Positions 1 through 9,276 of a stretch of 61,718 nt of DNA are shown piece by piece (position 1 is the first letter of the stretch; each line of letters begins with the position of its first letter). Under the pieces are notes generated by a model. The model searched no databases. It was not told the DNA's origin and was given only the letters and a program-made list of their open reading frames with translations. The stretch is from contig JBIOTN010000220.1 in NCBI GenBank assembly GCA_044866005.1, forward strand, positions 1 to 61,718, given 5' to 3'. The position numbers were made by a program, and so were the translations under genes. This DNA is from Candidatus Rokuibacteriota bacterium (GTDB lineage Bacteria > Methylomirabilota > Methylomirabilia > Rokubacteriales > DASRDR01).

Positions 1-57
1 GTGGCCCCGGTGCATGTCGATGGCGACCAGCGCGGTGGACTGGGCGTTCAGCTCCAT
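1..57 (-). CDS. Isochorismatase-family cysteine hydrolase, N-terminal fragment running off the window edge
   Basis: Reverse complement from ATG at 57 reads MELNAQSTALVAIDMHRGH. TALVxIDM is the typical isochorismatase first strand with its catalytic Asp. It starts a few nt after the tctC stop. Confidence 0.6.
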   Translation of the reverse strand, partial: MELNAQSTALVAIDMHRGH

Positions 58-62
58 GGGCG

Positions 63-1076
63 TCAACCCCCGAACTTGATGTACTTGACCATCTCCTTGA
101 GCACCTCGGGGGGCTGCTGCAAGAGCGCGGTGAAGTTCCGGAGCACGTCCTCGTGCGAGATGTGCTGGAACTCGATCTGCGCCTTGTCCCCCTCGGCCTT
201 GAGCTCGGGATCGCGCAGCGCCTTGGCGAAGGCCTCGCGCAGGAGCGCGAGGCGGTCGGGCGGCGTGCCCGGCGGCGCGGCGAGGGCGCGACCGATGGCC
301 TGAGGGAGCGCCCGGATCCCCATGATGGCCTTCCCGACGGGATCGGTGGCGAGCTCCTCGTCCACGGGCAGCTGCTCGAACCCCGGCGACGGCACCCGGC
401 CGCGCACGATCGCCCGCACCGCGCCCCGCTCGACCGCCGGCCGGACGGTCGAGGCGAAGGCGGCCCAGACGTCCACCTCCTTGCGCTCGAGCGCCAGCAG
501 GATGTCTGCGTTGGCGGGATAGCCGGAGACGAGCTTGAAGCGGGCGCCGGCGAACTCTTTCAGCAGCAGGGGGAAGTCGTGGGCGTTCGAGCCCGGCCCC
601 GTGGTGCCGACCACGAGCTCCCGGTCGGCCTTCCGCACCTCCTCGAAGCTCTTGTAGGGCAGGTCCGCGCGGATCGCCAGCGCCACGCCGTCGGCCCCCG
701 AGGAGCCGAGCCACTCGAACCTCCGAACGTCGAAGCGGACGGCGTCCACCCTGGAGAGCTGGGCGATGCCGACGTTGGGGTTCGCGGCCAGGAGCGTCAG
801 CCCGTCGGGCCGGGCGACGTTGTAGACGTGATTGGTCGCGACCAGGTGGGCCGCCCCGGTCATGTTCTGCACGATGACCGTCGGGTTGCCCGGAATGTGC
901 TTGCCGAGGTGCCGGGCGACGATCCGGGCGGAGATGTTGAGGCTGCCGCCGGTGGCGCCGATCACCACGGTGATGGTTTTCCCCTCGTAAAACTGGGCCT
1001 GCGCCCCCGCCGGCGACACCAGGCCGGGCACCGCGGCGGCGCCCACGAGCAGAGCGACGATCCACGCGCCTCTCAT
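63..1076 (-). CDS. tctC: Tripartite tricarboxylate transporter substrate-binding protein (TctC/Bug family)
   Basis: Signal peptide MRGAWIVALL..AQA, FYEGKTITVVIG, HIPGNPTVIVQNMTGA, PDGLTL, APPGTP. SD AGGAGGAG lies upstream of the ATG at 1076. Confidence 0.88.
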   Translation of the reverse strand: MRGAWIVALLVGAAAVPGLVSPAGAQAQFYEGKTITVVIGATGGSLNISARIVARHLGKHIPGNPTVIVQNMTGAAHLVATNHVYNVARPDGLTLLAANPNVGIAQLSRVDAVRFDVRRFEWLGSSGADGVALAIRADLPYKSFEEVRKADRELVVGTTGPGSNAHDFPLLLKEFAGARFKLVSGYPANADILLALERKEVDVWAAFASTVRPAVERGAVRAIVRGRVPSPGFEQLPVDEELATDPVGKAIMGIRALPQAIGRALAAPPGTPPDRLALLREAFAKALRDPELKAEGDKAQIEFQHISHEDVLRNFTALLQQPPEVLKEMVKYIKFGG

Positions 1077-1105
1077 CCGTCTCCTCCTTTCGAGTCTCAC
1101 GACCC

Positions 1106-1585
1106 TCACCAGCCGAGCCGGGTCTGGAGCCACCCGGGCTCGAAGGGCAGCCGGAGCAACCACTGGAACACCCCGTAGAAGAACGCCCAGGCCGCCGCCG
1201 TCAGCCCGAGGGACAGCCGCCAGCCCGCCGCGCTCTGGAACCCGAGGTACGACACCATGAACACCGGAACGGCGGCGGGAAAGCCGATGAGGAACACGAC
1301 CACGATGAACCCGGCGATCCAGGCGAAGAGCGCGGCCGCGCGCCGGCGGGCGACCGCCGCCGGCACCTCGTCGGCGAAGGCCAGATCCACGGCCGGTCCG
1401 GCCGCCGGCTCGCCCCGGCCGCGGACGTCCAGGGCGAGCTGCACCGCCGCCAGGACGCCCAGCGGGATGCCGACGGCGAGGGGAAAGAGGGCGGCCTTGA
1501 ACGGCCAGCGCAGGGCCGACCCGATGGCGAAGGCCGCCACCGCCAGCAGGACCAGGCTGAAGAGGGCGCGCCCGTCACGCCGCAT
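1106..1585 (-). CDS. tctB: TctB-family small membrane subunit
   Basis: 159 aa, about 4-5 TM segments, ALFP..G motif, C-terminal LRLPFEPG. Lies between tctA and tctC. Confidence 0.8.
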   Translation of the reverse strand: MRRDGRALFSLVLLAVAAFAIGSALRWPFKAALFPLAVGIPLGVLAAVQLALDVRGRGEPAAGPAVDLAFADEVPAAVARRRAAALFAWIAGFIVVVFLIGFPAAVPVFMVSYLGFQSAAGWRLSLGLTAAAWAFFYGVFQWLLRLPFEPGWLQTRLGW

Positions 1586-3089
1586 CCGCGACCCTCGTGA
1601 ACCCCCGGCGCCGCTCCTGGATGAACGGGTAGACGATGACGACGAGCGTGAGCGCCATCAGCAGGACGACGATCGGATGGCCGAGCCAGGCCACGCCGTA
1701 GCGTGCGACGGAGATGAAGAAATAGGTCTCGGCGAGCCGCCCGAGCACGAAGCCCAGGACGAGCGGGGGGCGCGGCCAGCCGAAGCGCACCATGAAGTAG
1801 CCGAAGAGGCCGAAGGCGAAGGTCACCACGAGGTCGGCGAGCTGGCCGTTGGCCGCGTAGCTCCCCACGAAGACCAGGAGCAGGACGAACGGGATGATGA
1901 GCCCGCCGCGGATGCGCGTCACGCGAGCCAGATGGTTGAGGACGAGCAGGCAGAGGAGCACCGTGATGACGTTGGCGATCGCCAGGGTCCACACCATGGA
2001 GAAGGTGACGGCGAGGTGCTTGGTCAGCATGTCGGGGCCCGGGACGAGGCCCATGATCATGAACGCGCCGAGGAGGATCGCCATCGCCCCGCTCCCCGGC
2101 ACGCCGAAGGCGATGGTCGGGATGAGGTCGCCGCCCTCCTTGGAGTTGTTCGCCGCCCCCGGCCCCAGGACGCCCCGGACGTCGCCCTGGCCGAAGCGCT
2201 GCCGGTCGCGGGCGTCGCGGGCGCTCTGGACGGCGTGGGCGTAGGCCATCCACTGGGCGACCCCGCCGCCGGCGCCGGGAAGGATGCCGACGAACACGCC
2301 GATGGCCGAGCACCGCGCGACCAGCCAGAAGTGACGGAAGGTGTCCTTGATGCCCTCCAGCACCCCGGCGCGCAGCTCTTCCGCGGGACGGTCACCGGCG
2401 ATCGCGGTCCCCCGCACCGCCAGGTCCACCAGCTCCGGGATGGCGAAGATCCCGACCAGGACCGGCACCAGGTCCAGCCCGTCCCAGAGGTAGGTCAGCC
2501 CCATGTCGAACCGCAGCATCCCCGACTGGCGCTCCTGCCCGATCGTGGCGAGCAGCAGCCCCAGGAGCCCCATGGCGAAGCCGCGGAGCTGACCGCGCAC
2601 GCCGAGGCCGCTGAGCGAGGTGATGCAGGCGAGCCCCATCAGCGAGACCATGAAGAGCTCCGGCGAGCCGAAGGTGAGGACGAGCGGGCGCACGATCGGC
2701 ACGGACACGGCGAGCGTCGCCGCGCCGATCAGCGCGCCGAGGAGCGAGCTCATGAGCGCCGCCCCGAGCGCCCGGCCGGCCTCGCCGCGCTTGGCCATGG
2801 GGTGGCCGTCCACCACCGTCGCGGCGGAGAGCCCTTCGCCCGGCACCCCGAAGAGGATCGAGGTGATGTCCCCCGTCGTCGCCGCCACCGAGTGCATGCC
2901 CAGGAGAAAGGCGAAGGCCTCGACCGGCGTCATCTTGAAGACGAACGGGATCATCAGGGCGAGCGTGGCCGCGCCCCCGATCCCGGGCAGGAGCCCCACC
3001 ACGAAGCCCGCGCTCATGCCGACGAGCATGAGGCTCAGGGCCTTCCACTGGAGGACCAGGATGAGCCCGTCGACGAAGGCGTCGAGCAT
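1575..3089 (-). CDS. tctA: TctA-family large permease
   Basis: From MLDAFVDG: GLLPGIGG, ILFGVPGE..SAATVVDGHPMAKRGEAGRAL, AANNSKEGGDLIPTIAFGVPG. Confidence 0.92.
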   Translation of the reverse strand: MLDAFVDGLILVLQWKALSLMLVGMSAGFVVGLLPGIGGAATLALMIPFVFKMTPVEAFAFLLGMHSVAATTGDITSILFGVPGEGLSAATVVDGHPMAKRGEAGRALGAALMSSLLGALIGAATLAVSVPIVRPLVLTFGSPELFMVSLMGLACITSLSGLGVRGQLRGFAMGLLGLLLATIGQERQSGMLRFDMGLTYLWDGLDLVPVLVGIFAIPELVDLAVRGTAIAGDRPAEELRAGVLEGIKDTFRHFWLVARCSAIGVFVGILPGAGGGVAQWMAYAHAVQSARDARDRQRFGQGDVRGVLGPGAANNSKEGGDLIPTIAFGVPGSGAMAILLGAFMIMGLVPGPDMLTKHLAVTFSMVWTLAIANVITVLLCLLVLNHLARVTRIRGGLIIPFVLLLVFVGSYAANGQLADLVVTFAFGLFGYFMVRFGWPRPPLVLGFVLGRLAETYFFISVARYGVAWLGHPIVVLLMALTLVVIVYPFIQERRRGFTRVADAA

Positions 3090-3103
3090 GGTCGTGCCGC
3101 GCC

Positions 3104-3973
3104 TCAGTCGCGACGACCGCGACGCCCGCCAGGCCGCCCCGACCGGGACGGCCGCCCGGCCCGGTGATCCAGCATCCGGAGCAACCGGGTCCGGCTCCGG
3201 AGCTTCTTCGGGACGTCGGCAAGCTCGATGATGAGCGGCCCCGCGAAGCCGATCCCGGCGAGGGCGGCCAGCACCCGGGGGAAGCGGATCGTCCCCTCCC
3301 CCACCGTCAGGTGCTCGTCGACCCGCCCCCGGTTGTCGGAGAGCTGGACCGATTGGATGCGCGTCCCGAACGCGCGGACGAACGGGACGGTCCCGCCGGG
3401 CAGGAGCTCGCAGTGGGCGACGTCGAGCGCGAGGCCGAGGTAGGGCGAGCGGATCCGGCGGAACAGGTCGTGGAACTCGTCGATCGTCACCCCGAGGTAC
3501 TGGAACTCGGAGTCGCCGGGCAGCCGGTTCATGTTCTCGATGACCAGCGGGACCCGCCGGCGCTCGCCGTACTCGACGCAGCGGGCCATCGTCTCGTAGA
3601 GCGCCGCCCGGACACGGTCGAGGTAGGCGCTGAAGTGGAACCCGCAGTGGACGACCAGGTACTCGCCCCCCAGCGCGGCCGTGAGGTCCACGTACTCGCG
3701 GAGGTGGGCCAGGGCCGCCTTGCGCACGGTCGGCATGATCTCGGCCGTGTTCACGAAGGAGGCGGAGTGGACCGCGCAGCGGATCCCCGACCGCTCGACC
3801 AGGCGCCGCACGCGGCGCACGCGCGCCCGGTCGAAGGTCTGGGGAAAGTTGACGGGGTTCTGGCAGGAGAACTCGAGCCAGCCGACCCCGTGCCGGCGGG
3901 CGAGCGGGAAGTACCGCTCGACGGGGCCCGACGAGGCGGCGAAGCCGATCTGGGCCGGCAGGAGGCCCGGCAT
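3104..3973 (-). CDS. Sugar phosphate isomerase/epimerase (xylose isomerase-like TIM barrel)
   Basis: Metal-binding motifs LVIENM, LALDVAH, QLSDNRG..DEHL..GEG, LIIE. Confidence 0.85.
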   Translation of the reverse strand: MPGLLPAQIGFAASSGPVERYFPLARRHGVGWLEFSCQNPVNFPQTFDRARVRRVRRLVERSGIRCAVHSASFVNTAEIMPTVRKAALAHLREYVDLTAALGGEYLVVHCGFHFSAYLDRVRAALYETMARCVEYGERRRVPLVIENMNRLPGDSEFQYLGVTIDEFHDLFRRIRSPYLGLALDVAHCELLPGGTVPFVRAFGTRIQSVQLSDNRGRVDEHLTVGEGTIRFPRVLAALAGIGFAGPLIIELADVPKKLRSRTRLLRMLDHRAGRPSRSGRPGGRRGRRD

Positions 3974-4966
3974 CTACTTCTTCCGCAGGCCGAGCTGGTC
4001 GATGATCTTCGTGAAGCGGTCCTCCTCGGCGGCGAGGAACGTGCGGAAGTCGGCCGGCCCCAGGAAGACGTCGACCGCCTTGGCGTTCCGGTTGAACGTC
4101 TTCCAGGAGTCGGCGGTCATCGCCTTCTGGAACCCCTCGGCCAGCGCCGCGACCCGCGGCGCCGGCGTCCCCTTCGGCGCCAGCACGCTGCGCCACTGCA
4201 CCAGCACCACGTCCCAGCCCTTCTCCCGGAGCGTCGGGACCTGGGGGAAGATGGGGCTCCGCTTCTCGCTGGCGACCGCGACCGGCACCATCTTCCTGGC
4301 CTCGACGTGCTGGGCGACCTCCGACACGTTCCCCACGAGCACCTCGGCGTTCTTTCCGAGGAAGGCGAGCGTGGCCGGGCCGCCGCCCTCGTGGGGGATG
4401 TACTCGACGTCGATGCCGGCGGCCTGCTTCCACGACAGCACGACGAAGCTGTCGATCCCGCCGATGGCCGAGCCGGCGACCCGCACCTTCTTCGGATTGG
4501 CCTTGGCGTGCGCGACGAGCTGGTCGATGGACTGCCACGGCGCGTCCGGCTGCACGAACAGCCATTCCTCCTCGGCGTGGATCCGCGCCACCGGCTCGAA
4601 GGCGTCCCACTTGAGCTGCGGCTGGCTGGTGATGATCGGCGTGATGATCGAGGAGCCGGCGTGCGCGAAGAGGATCGTGTGGCCGTCGGCCGGTCGTCCG
4701 GCGGCGTACGCCCCGGCGGCGGTCCCCCCCGCCCCGGGCCGGTTCTCCACGGCCAGCGGCTGCGCGAACGCGCTGCGCGCCGCGTCGGCCAGCGCGCGGG
4801 CGAAGACGTCGGCCCCGCCACCCGGGGCGAAGCCGACGACGAAGGTGATGGGGCGCGTCGGGAAGTCGCGCGCCTGCCCGCCGGCGACGTCCGGTCCGCC
4901 GACCACGGCGAGGGCCGCGAGGGCCAGTCCTGCGACGGTTGCGAGAGCCATCGAGCGCGTGCCCAT
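3974..4966 (-). CDS. tctC: TctC/Bug-family substrate-binding protein (second copy)
   Basis: FPTRPITFVVGFAPGGGADVFAR, VENRPGAGG, ADGHT, VPTLRE, APKGTP. SD AAGGAGG lies before the ATG at 4966. Confidence 0.92.
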   Translation of the reverse strand: MGTRSMALATVAGLALAALAVVGGPDVAGGQARDFPTRPITFVVGFAPGGGADVFARALADAARSAFAQPLAVENRPGAGGTAAGAYAAGRPADGHTILFAHAGSSIITPIITSQPQLKWDAFEPVARIHAEEEWLFVQPDAPWQSIDQLVAHAKANPKKVRVAGSAIGGIDSFVVLSWKQAAGIDVEYIPHEGGGPATLAFLGKNAEVLVGNVSEVAQHVEARKMVPVAVASEKRSPIFPQVPTLREKGWDVVLVQWRSVLAPKGTPAPRVAALAEGFQKAMTADSWKTFNRNAKAVDVFLGPADFRTFLAAEEDRFTKIIDQLGLRKK

Positions 4967-4995
4967 GTCGAGCGCCTCCTTGTTCGTCGTACGGC

Positions 4996-6528
4996 TCAGG
5001 CGAAGGGCGGGGCGGTCGCCGGCCCCGACGCCGCGCGGGCCGCGCGCCGGCGCCGCAGCGCCCCGAGGACGAGGGGGTAGACCAGGACACCCACGGTCAT
5101 CACGAGCAACACGGCGGTGATCGGGCGCGTCATGAAGATCGCCCAGCTCCCGTGGGAGATGATCAGGGACCGGCGCAGCTCGCTCTCCGCCATGACGCCC
5201 AGCACCATGCCGAGCACCATCGCCGCCGCCGAGAAGCCGTAGACGCGCATCCCGTAGCCGAGCACGCCGAACGCGAGCGCCGTCCAGGGGTTCACGGCCT
5301 GTAGCTCCGCGGCGTAGGTCCCGATCACGCAGAGGGCGAGCACGGCCGCGACGAGCAGCGGCGGCGCGAGCCGGAGGGCGAGCAGGCAGCCCCGCAGGAT
5401 CAGAAGCCCCACCGGGATCATCAGCACGTTGACGATCAGGAGGCCCGCGAACAGCGTGTAGACGAGCTGGCCGTGCTTGACCAGCAGGAAGGGGCCGGGC
5501 TGGATGCCGTGGAGGATGAGGGCGGCCAGCATGATCGCCGCCGAGTTGGAGCCCGGGATCCCCAGGGCGAGGGTCGGGACCAGGTCGCCGCCCTGGACCG
5601 CGTTGTTGGCGGTCTCCGGCGCCGCCACGCCCTCCATCGAGCCCTTGCCGAAGAGCTCCGGGTGCTTCGACCAGCGCCGGGCCTCGTTGTAGGCCACGAA
5701 GGACGAGGCCGTCGCGCCGGCCCCCGGCATGACGCCGACGACCAGGCCCACGATGGTGCCGATCAGCGTCGCCGGCCACAGCTCGCGCAGCTCGGCGAGC
5801 GTCGGGAACGCGGTGTGGGCCCGATCGGTCACCATGACGGGGGCCGCCCCCCGGTGACTGATGGAGTAGAACATCTCCGACACGGCGAAGAGGCCGACCA
5901 TCGCCGCCACGACGTCGATTCCGGTCATCAGCTCGGCCCGCCCGAAGGTGAAGCGGAGCGAGCCCGTGAGGGTGTCGAGGCCCACCGTCGTGAGCAGGAG
6001 GCCGAAGAAGCCGGAGGCCAGCCCCTTCAGGAAGCTCGCCTCGGAGAGCCCGGCCAGGAGGGTCAGGGCGAAGACCGCCAGGGCGAAGGTCTCCGGAGAG
6101 CCGAAGTGCAGGACGGCCTCCCCCAGGGGCAGGACCAGGGCGATCAGCACGACGATGCTCACCAGGCCGCCGATCGTGCCGCAGACGAGCGAGACCCCGA
6201 GCGCCTTCGCCGCGCGCCCCTGGCGGGTCAGCTCGTAGCCGTCCATCAGGCACGCCGCCGAGGCGGGCGTGCCGGGGATCCGCATCAGGATCGCCGGGAT
6301 CGAGCCGCCGTAGTTCGCGCCGGCCCAGACGCCGGCCAGCATGCAGAGCGCGGTGGTCGCGTCGAGCGCGTAAGTGAACGGGAGGGCGAGCGCCATCGCG
6401 ACCGCCCCGCTGATCCCGGGGATCGCGCCGCCGATGATCCCCCAGGCCACGCCCGCGACCATCGCGACGAACCGCGGGCCCTCCACGGCGCTCGCGAACC
6501 CGGCCGCCAGGCCTTCCAGCACGCTCAC
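4996..6528 (-). CDS. tctA: TctA-family large permease (second copy)
   Basis: GAIPGISG, YGGSIPAILMRIPGTP, DGYELTRQG, APETANNA, PTLALGIPG, HGIQPGP. Confidence 0.93.
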   Translation of the reverse strand: MSVLEGLAAGFASAVEGPRFVAMVAGVAWGIIGGAIPGISGAVAMALALPFTYALDATTALCMLAGVWAGANYGGSIPAILMRIPGTPASAACLMDGYELTRQGRAAKALGVSLVCGTIGGLVSIVVLIALVLPLGEAVLHFGSPETFALAVFALTLLAGLSEASFLKGLASGFFGLLLTTVGLDTLTGSLRFTFGRAELMTGIDVVAAMVGLFAVSEMFYSISHRGAAPVMVTDRAHTAFPTLAELRELWPATLIGTIVGLVVGVMPGAGATASSFVAYNEARRWSKHPELFGKGSMEGVAAPETANNAVQGGDLVPTLALGIPGSNSAAIMLAALILHGIQPGPFLLVKHGQLVYTLFAGLLIVNVLMIPVGLLILRGCLLALRLAPPLLVAAVLALCVIGTYAAELQAVNPWTALAFGVLGYGMRVYGFSAAAMVLGMVLGVMAESELRRSLIISHGSWAIFMTRPITAVLLVMTVGVLVYPLVLGALRRRRAARAASGPATAPPFA

Positions 6529-6583
6529 CGGCGTACCCGGCCCGAGGAACGTCCCGGCCCGGATGGCAGAGACCCGGGGCCGC

Positions 6584-7105
6584 TCACCACGGGAGCCACG
6601 GCTCGAGCACCCCGTCCGGCACCGGGACGAGCAGCCCGAAGCGGAAGGCGGCGTAGAAGGCCGCGGTCACCAGGACCGGCGCGGTCCAGAGCGCCTGTCG
6701 CGAGGCGCCGCCGTGGACGAGGAGAATCGCCGCGAGATAGAGCGGCGTCGCGAGGAGGTAGCCCAGCGGCTCGAAGGCCGCCACGTACGCCGCCGTGGCC
6801 ACCACGGCCGCGACCAGCCGGCCCGGCGAGAAGTCGCCGGGCCCGGGGTCCTCGCCGCCGTCTTCCACGAGGAGGGGCGCCGCGCCCGCGAGGCTGCCCG
6901 GCGCGAGCGCCGTCACGGCGAGGAGGAGCCCGCAGAGGCCGATCGCTCCGGCCAGCGCCAGCGGAAACGCCCGGGGGCCGAGGGGGTCGGTCGGGACCCC
7001 GGGCCCGATGCCCAGGGTCAGGAGGACGATCACGACGGCGAGCGCCACCAGGACGGCGGCGATCGTCAGCTCGCCGCGGCGCAGGTCGCCCCGCTGTCCC
7101 GTCAC
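6584..7105 (-). CDS. tctB: TctB-family small membrane subunit (second copy)
   Basis: DPLGPRAFP motif, LGYLLAT, C-terminal VPVPDG, 4 TM segments. Confidence 0.85.
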   Translation of the reverse strand: MTGQRGDLRRGELTIAAVLVALAVVIVLLTLGIGPGVPTDPLGPRAFPLALAGAIGLCGLLLAVTALAPGSLAGAAPLLVEDGGEDPGPGDFSPGRLVAAVVATAAYVAAFEPLGYLLATPLYLAAILLVHGGASRQALWTAPVLVTAAFYAAFRFGLLVPVPDGVLEPWLPW

Positions 7106-7974
7106 GCGGACCCCTGGAGCGCCGTCGCCACCACCGCGAGGTCGTCGCCCCCGTGGCCTGCGGCGGCGGCCGCGGCGTAGAGCTGCCGCGCGAGCGCCGT
7201 GACCGGGAGCGCGACGCCCACCGCCCGGCCCGCGTCCAGGATCAGTCCGAGGTCCTTGAGAAAGAGGTCGAGCTTCATCTGGGGCGGGAACTCGTCACGG
7301 ACGATCATCGGGCCGCGCAGCTCGAGCATCCGCGAGCTGCCGGCGCTCGCGGTCAGGATGTCGAGGACGGCACCGGGCTCGAGGCCGGCCTGCCGGACGA
7401 GGGCGAGCGCCTCGGCCGCCGCGAGCGTGTTGAGCCCGACCAGGAGATTCGCCGCCAGCTTCACCACGGTCGCCTGCCCGGCGCGGCCGATATAGCAGGC
7501 GCGCGGCAGGATCGACTCGAGGAGCCCGCGCCAGCGCTCGAAGACCGTCCGCTCGCCGCCCACCAGCAGGATCCCCTCGCCGCGCGCCACCATCGCGCTC
7601 GTGCCGCTCACCGGGCAGTCGAGGAAGGCGAGCCCGCGCGCGCCGGCCTCCGCGGCCAGGCGCTCGGTCAGGGCCGGCGAGATCGTGCTCATCTGGACGA
7701 GCGTCTGCCCGGCGCGCGCGCCGGCCAGGACCCCCTCCGGGCCGAGGACGGCCGCCTCGACCGTGGCGAGCGAGGGGAGGAGCGTGCAGACGAGCTCCGC
7801 CCGCCGCGCGACGGCGGCGGCCGAGGCCGCCGGCGCCCCGCCCAGCCGCTCCAGGGCCCGGAGCGGCTCCGGCGCGACGTCGTAGCCGACGACCTCGTGC
7901 CCCGCGGCGCGGAGCCGCGAGGCGACGGCGTGGCCGAGCAGGCCCACGCCGACGATCCCGACGGTCGCCTTCAT
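7102..7974 (-). CDS. NAD(P)-dependent oxidoreductase, 3-hydroxyisobutyrate/beta-hydroxyacid dehydrogenase family
   Basis: VGIVGVGLLG Rossmann motif, MSTISP, FLDCPVSG, catalytic KLAAN, KDL. Confidence 0.9.
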   Translation of the reverse strand: MKATVGIVGVGLLGHAVASRLRAAGHEVVGYDVAPEPLRALERLGGAPAASAAAVARRAELVCTLLPSLATVEAAVLGPEGVLAGARAGQTLVQMSTISPALTERLAAEAGARGLAFLDCPVSGTSAMVARGEGILLVGGERTVFERWRGLLESILPRACYIGRAGQATVVKLAANLLVGLNTLAAAEALALVRQAGLEPGAVLDILTASAGSSRMLELRGPMIVRDEFPPQMKLDLFLKDLGLILDAGRAVGVALPVTALARQLYAAAAAAGHGGDDLAVVATALQGSA

Positions 7975-8002
7975 CGCCTCCCGGCCCGTGGCACGGCGGC
8001 GC

Positions 8003-9247
8003 TCAACAGGAGCGGCAGGGCGGGTAGTCGCGCGAGTAGACGGGGTTCTTGAGGAACTCCTCGGGCTTGTACGGGCCGAACTGCGAGACGCTGGGGAAGG
8101 TGTGGATCACGCTGTTCTGGAGCCGCCCGCCGACCCGCTCCACCTTCCGCACGTAGATGTTCTGGATGGGATTGCCGAAGTCGTCGAAGCGCATGGGGCC
8201 GCGCGGGACGTCGGAGAGGTCGACCTTCCGGAGCGCGGACAGGAACTTGTCCACGTTCTCGATGTCGCCGCCGGTCGCCTCGAGCGCCGCCTTGAGGGCC
8301 AGCCCGGCCACGTAGGTCCCCTCCGAGTAGTAGGAGGGGATCTGCTTGAACTTGGCCTCGTAGGCCTGGACGAACTTCCGGTTGGCCGGGGTCTGGAGGG
8401 CGGCCGAGTAGTGGAGCGCGGTCACGATGCCGAGCGCCTCGTCACCCATCGTCCGCAGGACGTGCTCGTCGGTGAACGTCCCCCCGCCGATGAGCGGCAG
8501 CCGGCCCTTCAGCCCCACGTCGTTGAACTGCTTGGCGAAGCGGAGCGCGTCGGCGCCGGAGAAGACGGCGTAGATGGCGTCCACGTCCCGGCGGAGCTGC
8601 GCGAGGTAGGGCCCGAAGTCGCTGGTCCCGAGCGGCGGCCAGAGCTTCTGCACCACCTGGCCGCCCGCCTCCTCGAAGGTGCGGTGGAAGCCCGCCGCGA
8701 CCTCCCAGCCGAAGGCGAAGTCGTAGCCGATCATGGCGATCTTCTTGTAGCCGAGGGTGTCGTGGACCCACTTGCCGAAGGGATGCGAGGGCTGGGCGCT
8801 CGACCACCCCGTGCGGACGATGTAGGGGCTCCGCTTGCGCTGCGTGATGTCCTCGGCCGAGACGATGGGGAAGATCGCGGGGACCTTCTTGCCGTCGATG
8901 TAGGGGGCGACGGCGTACCCCACGGCGGCGGAGAGCGGCCCGGTCACCAGGTGGACCGCCTGCTCCTCGATCAGGCCGCGCGCCTTGGTGAGGCCGGTGG
9001 CGGGCTTGCCCTCGTCGTCCTCGATGATGAGCTTGACCTCCCGGCCCGCCAGCCGGTAGTTCTGCTCCTCGAGGAAGAGCGTGAGCGCGTTGATCATGTC
9101 CTTGCCGTTCGCCGAGAGGGGCCCGGTCTGCGGCACCAGGAACCCGACCTTGATCGGGCCCTTCTGCGCCCACGGCCCGGGGCCTCCGGGGAGCAGCAGC
9201 AGGACGACGGCGAGGGCGAGCACGGTGACGACCCCGATTCTTCGCAT
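8003..9247 (-). CDS. ABC transporter substrate-binding protein, LivJ/branched-chain/aromatic-acid type
   Basis: Signal peptide, IKVGFLVPQTGPLSANG, EDDEGKP, YDFAFGWE, PPLGTSDF, PRGPMRFD. SD GAGGAGG lies before the ATG at 9247. Confidence 0.9.
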   Translation of the reverse strand: MRRIGVVTVLALAVVLLLLPGGPGPWAQKGPIKVGFLVPQTGPLSANGKDMINALTLFLEEQNYRLAGREVKLIIEDDEGKPATGLTKARGLIEEQAVHLVTGPLSAAVGYAVAPYIDGKKVPAIFPIVSAEDITQRKRSPYIVRTGWSSAQPSHPFGKWVHDTLGYKKIAMIGYDFAFGWEVAAGFHRTFEEAGGQVVQKLWPPLGTSDFGPYLAQLRRDVDAIYAVFSGADALRFAKQFNDVGLKGRLPLIGGGTFTDEHVLRTMGDEALGIVTALHYSAALQTPANRKFVQAYEAKFKQIPSYYSEGTYVAGLALKAALEATGGDIENVDKFLSALRKVDLSDVPRGPMRFDDFGNPIQNIYVRKVERVGGRLQNSVIHTFPSVSQFGPYKPEEFLKNPVYSRDYPPCRSC

Positions 9248-9276
9248 GCGGCCTCCTCGGGTGGGACGAGAGGTGG

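Noticed and set aside
1575..5090. Apparent 1171-aa TctA, and similar N-terminal extensions (3974-6253, 8003-10714, 23658-25406, 55497-59390)
   Set aside because: The extensions are low-complexity read-through over other genes. True starts were reassigned using motifs and, where present, SD sequences.
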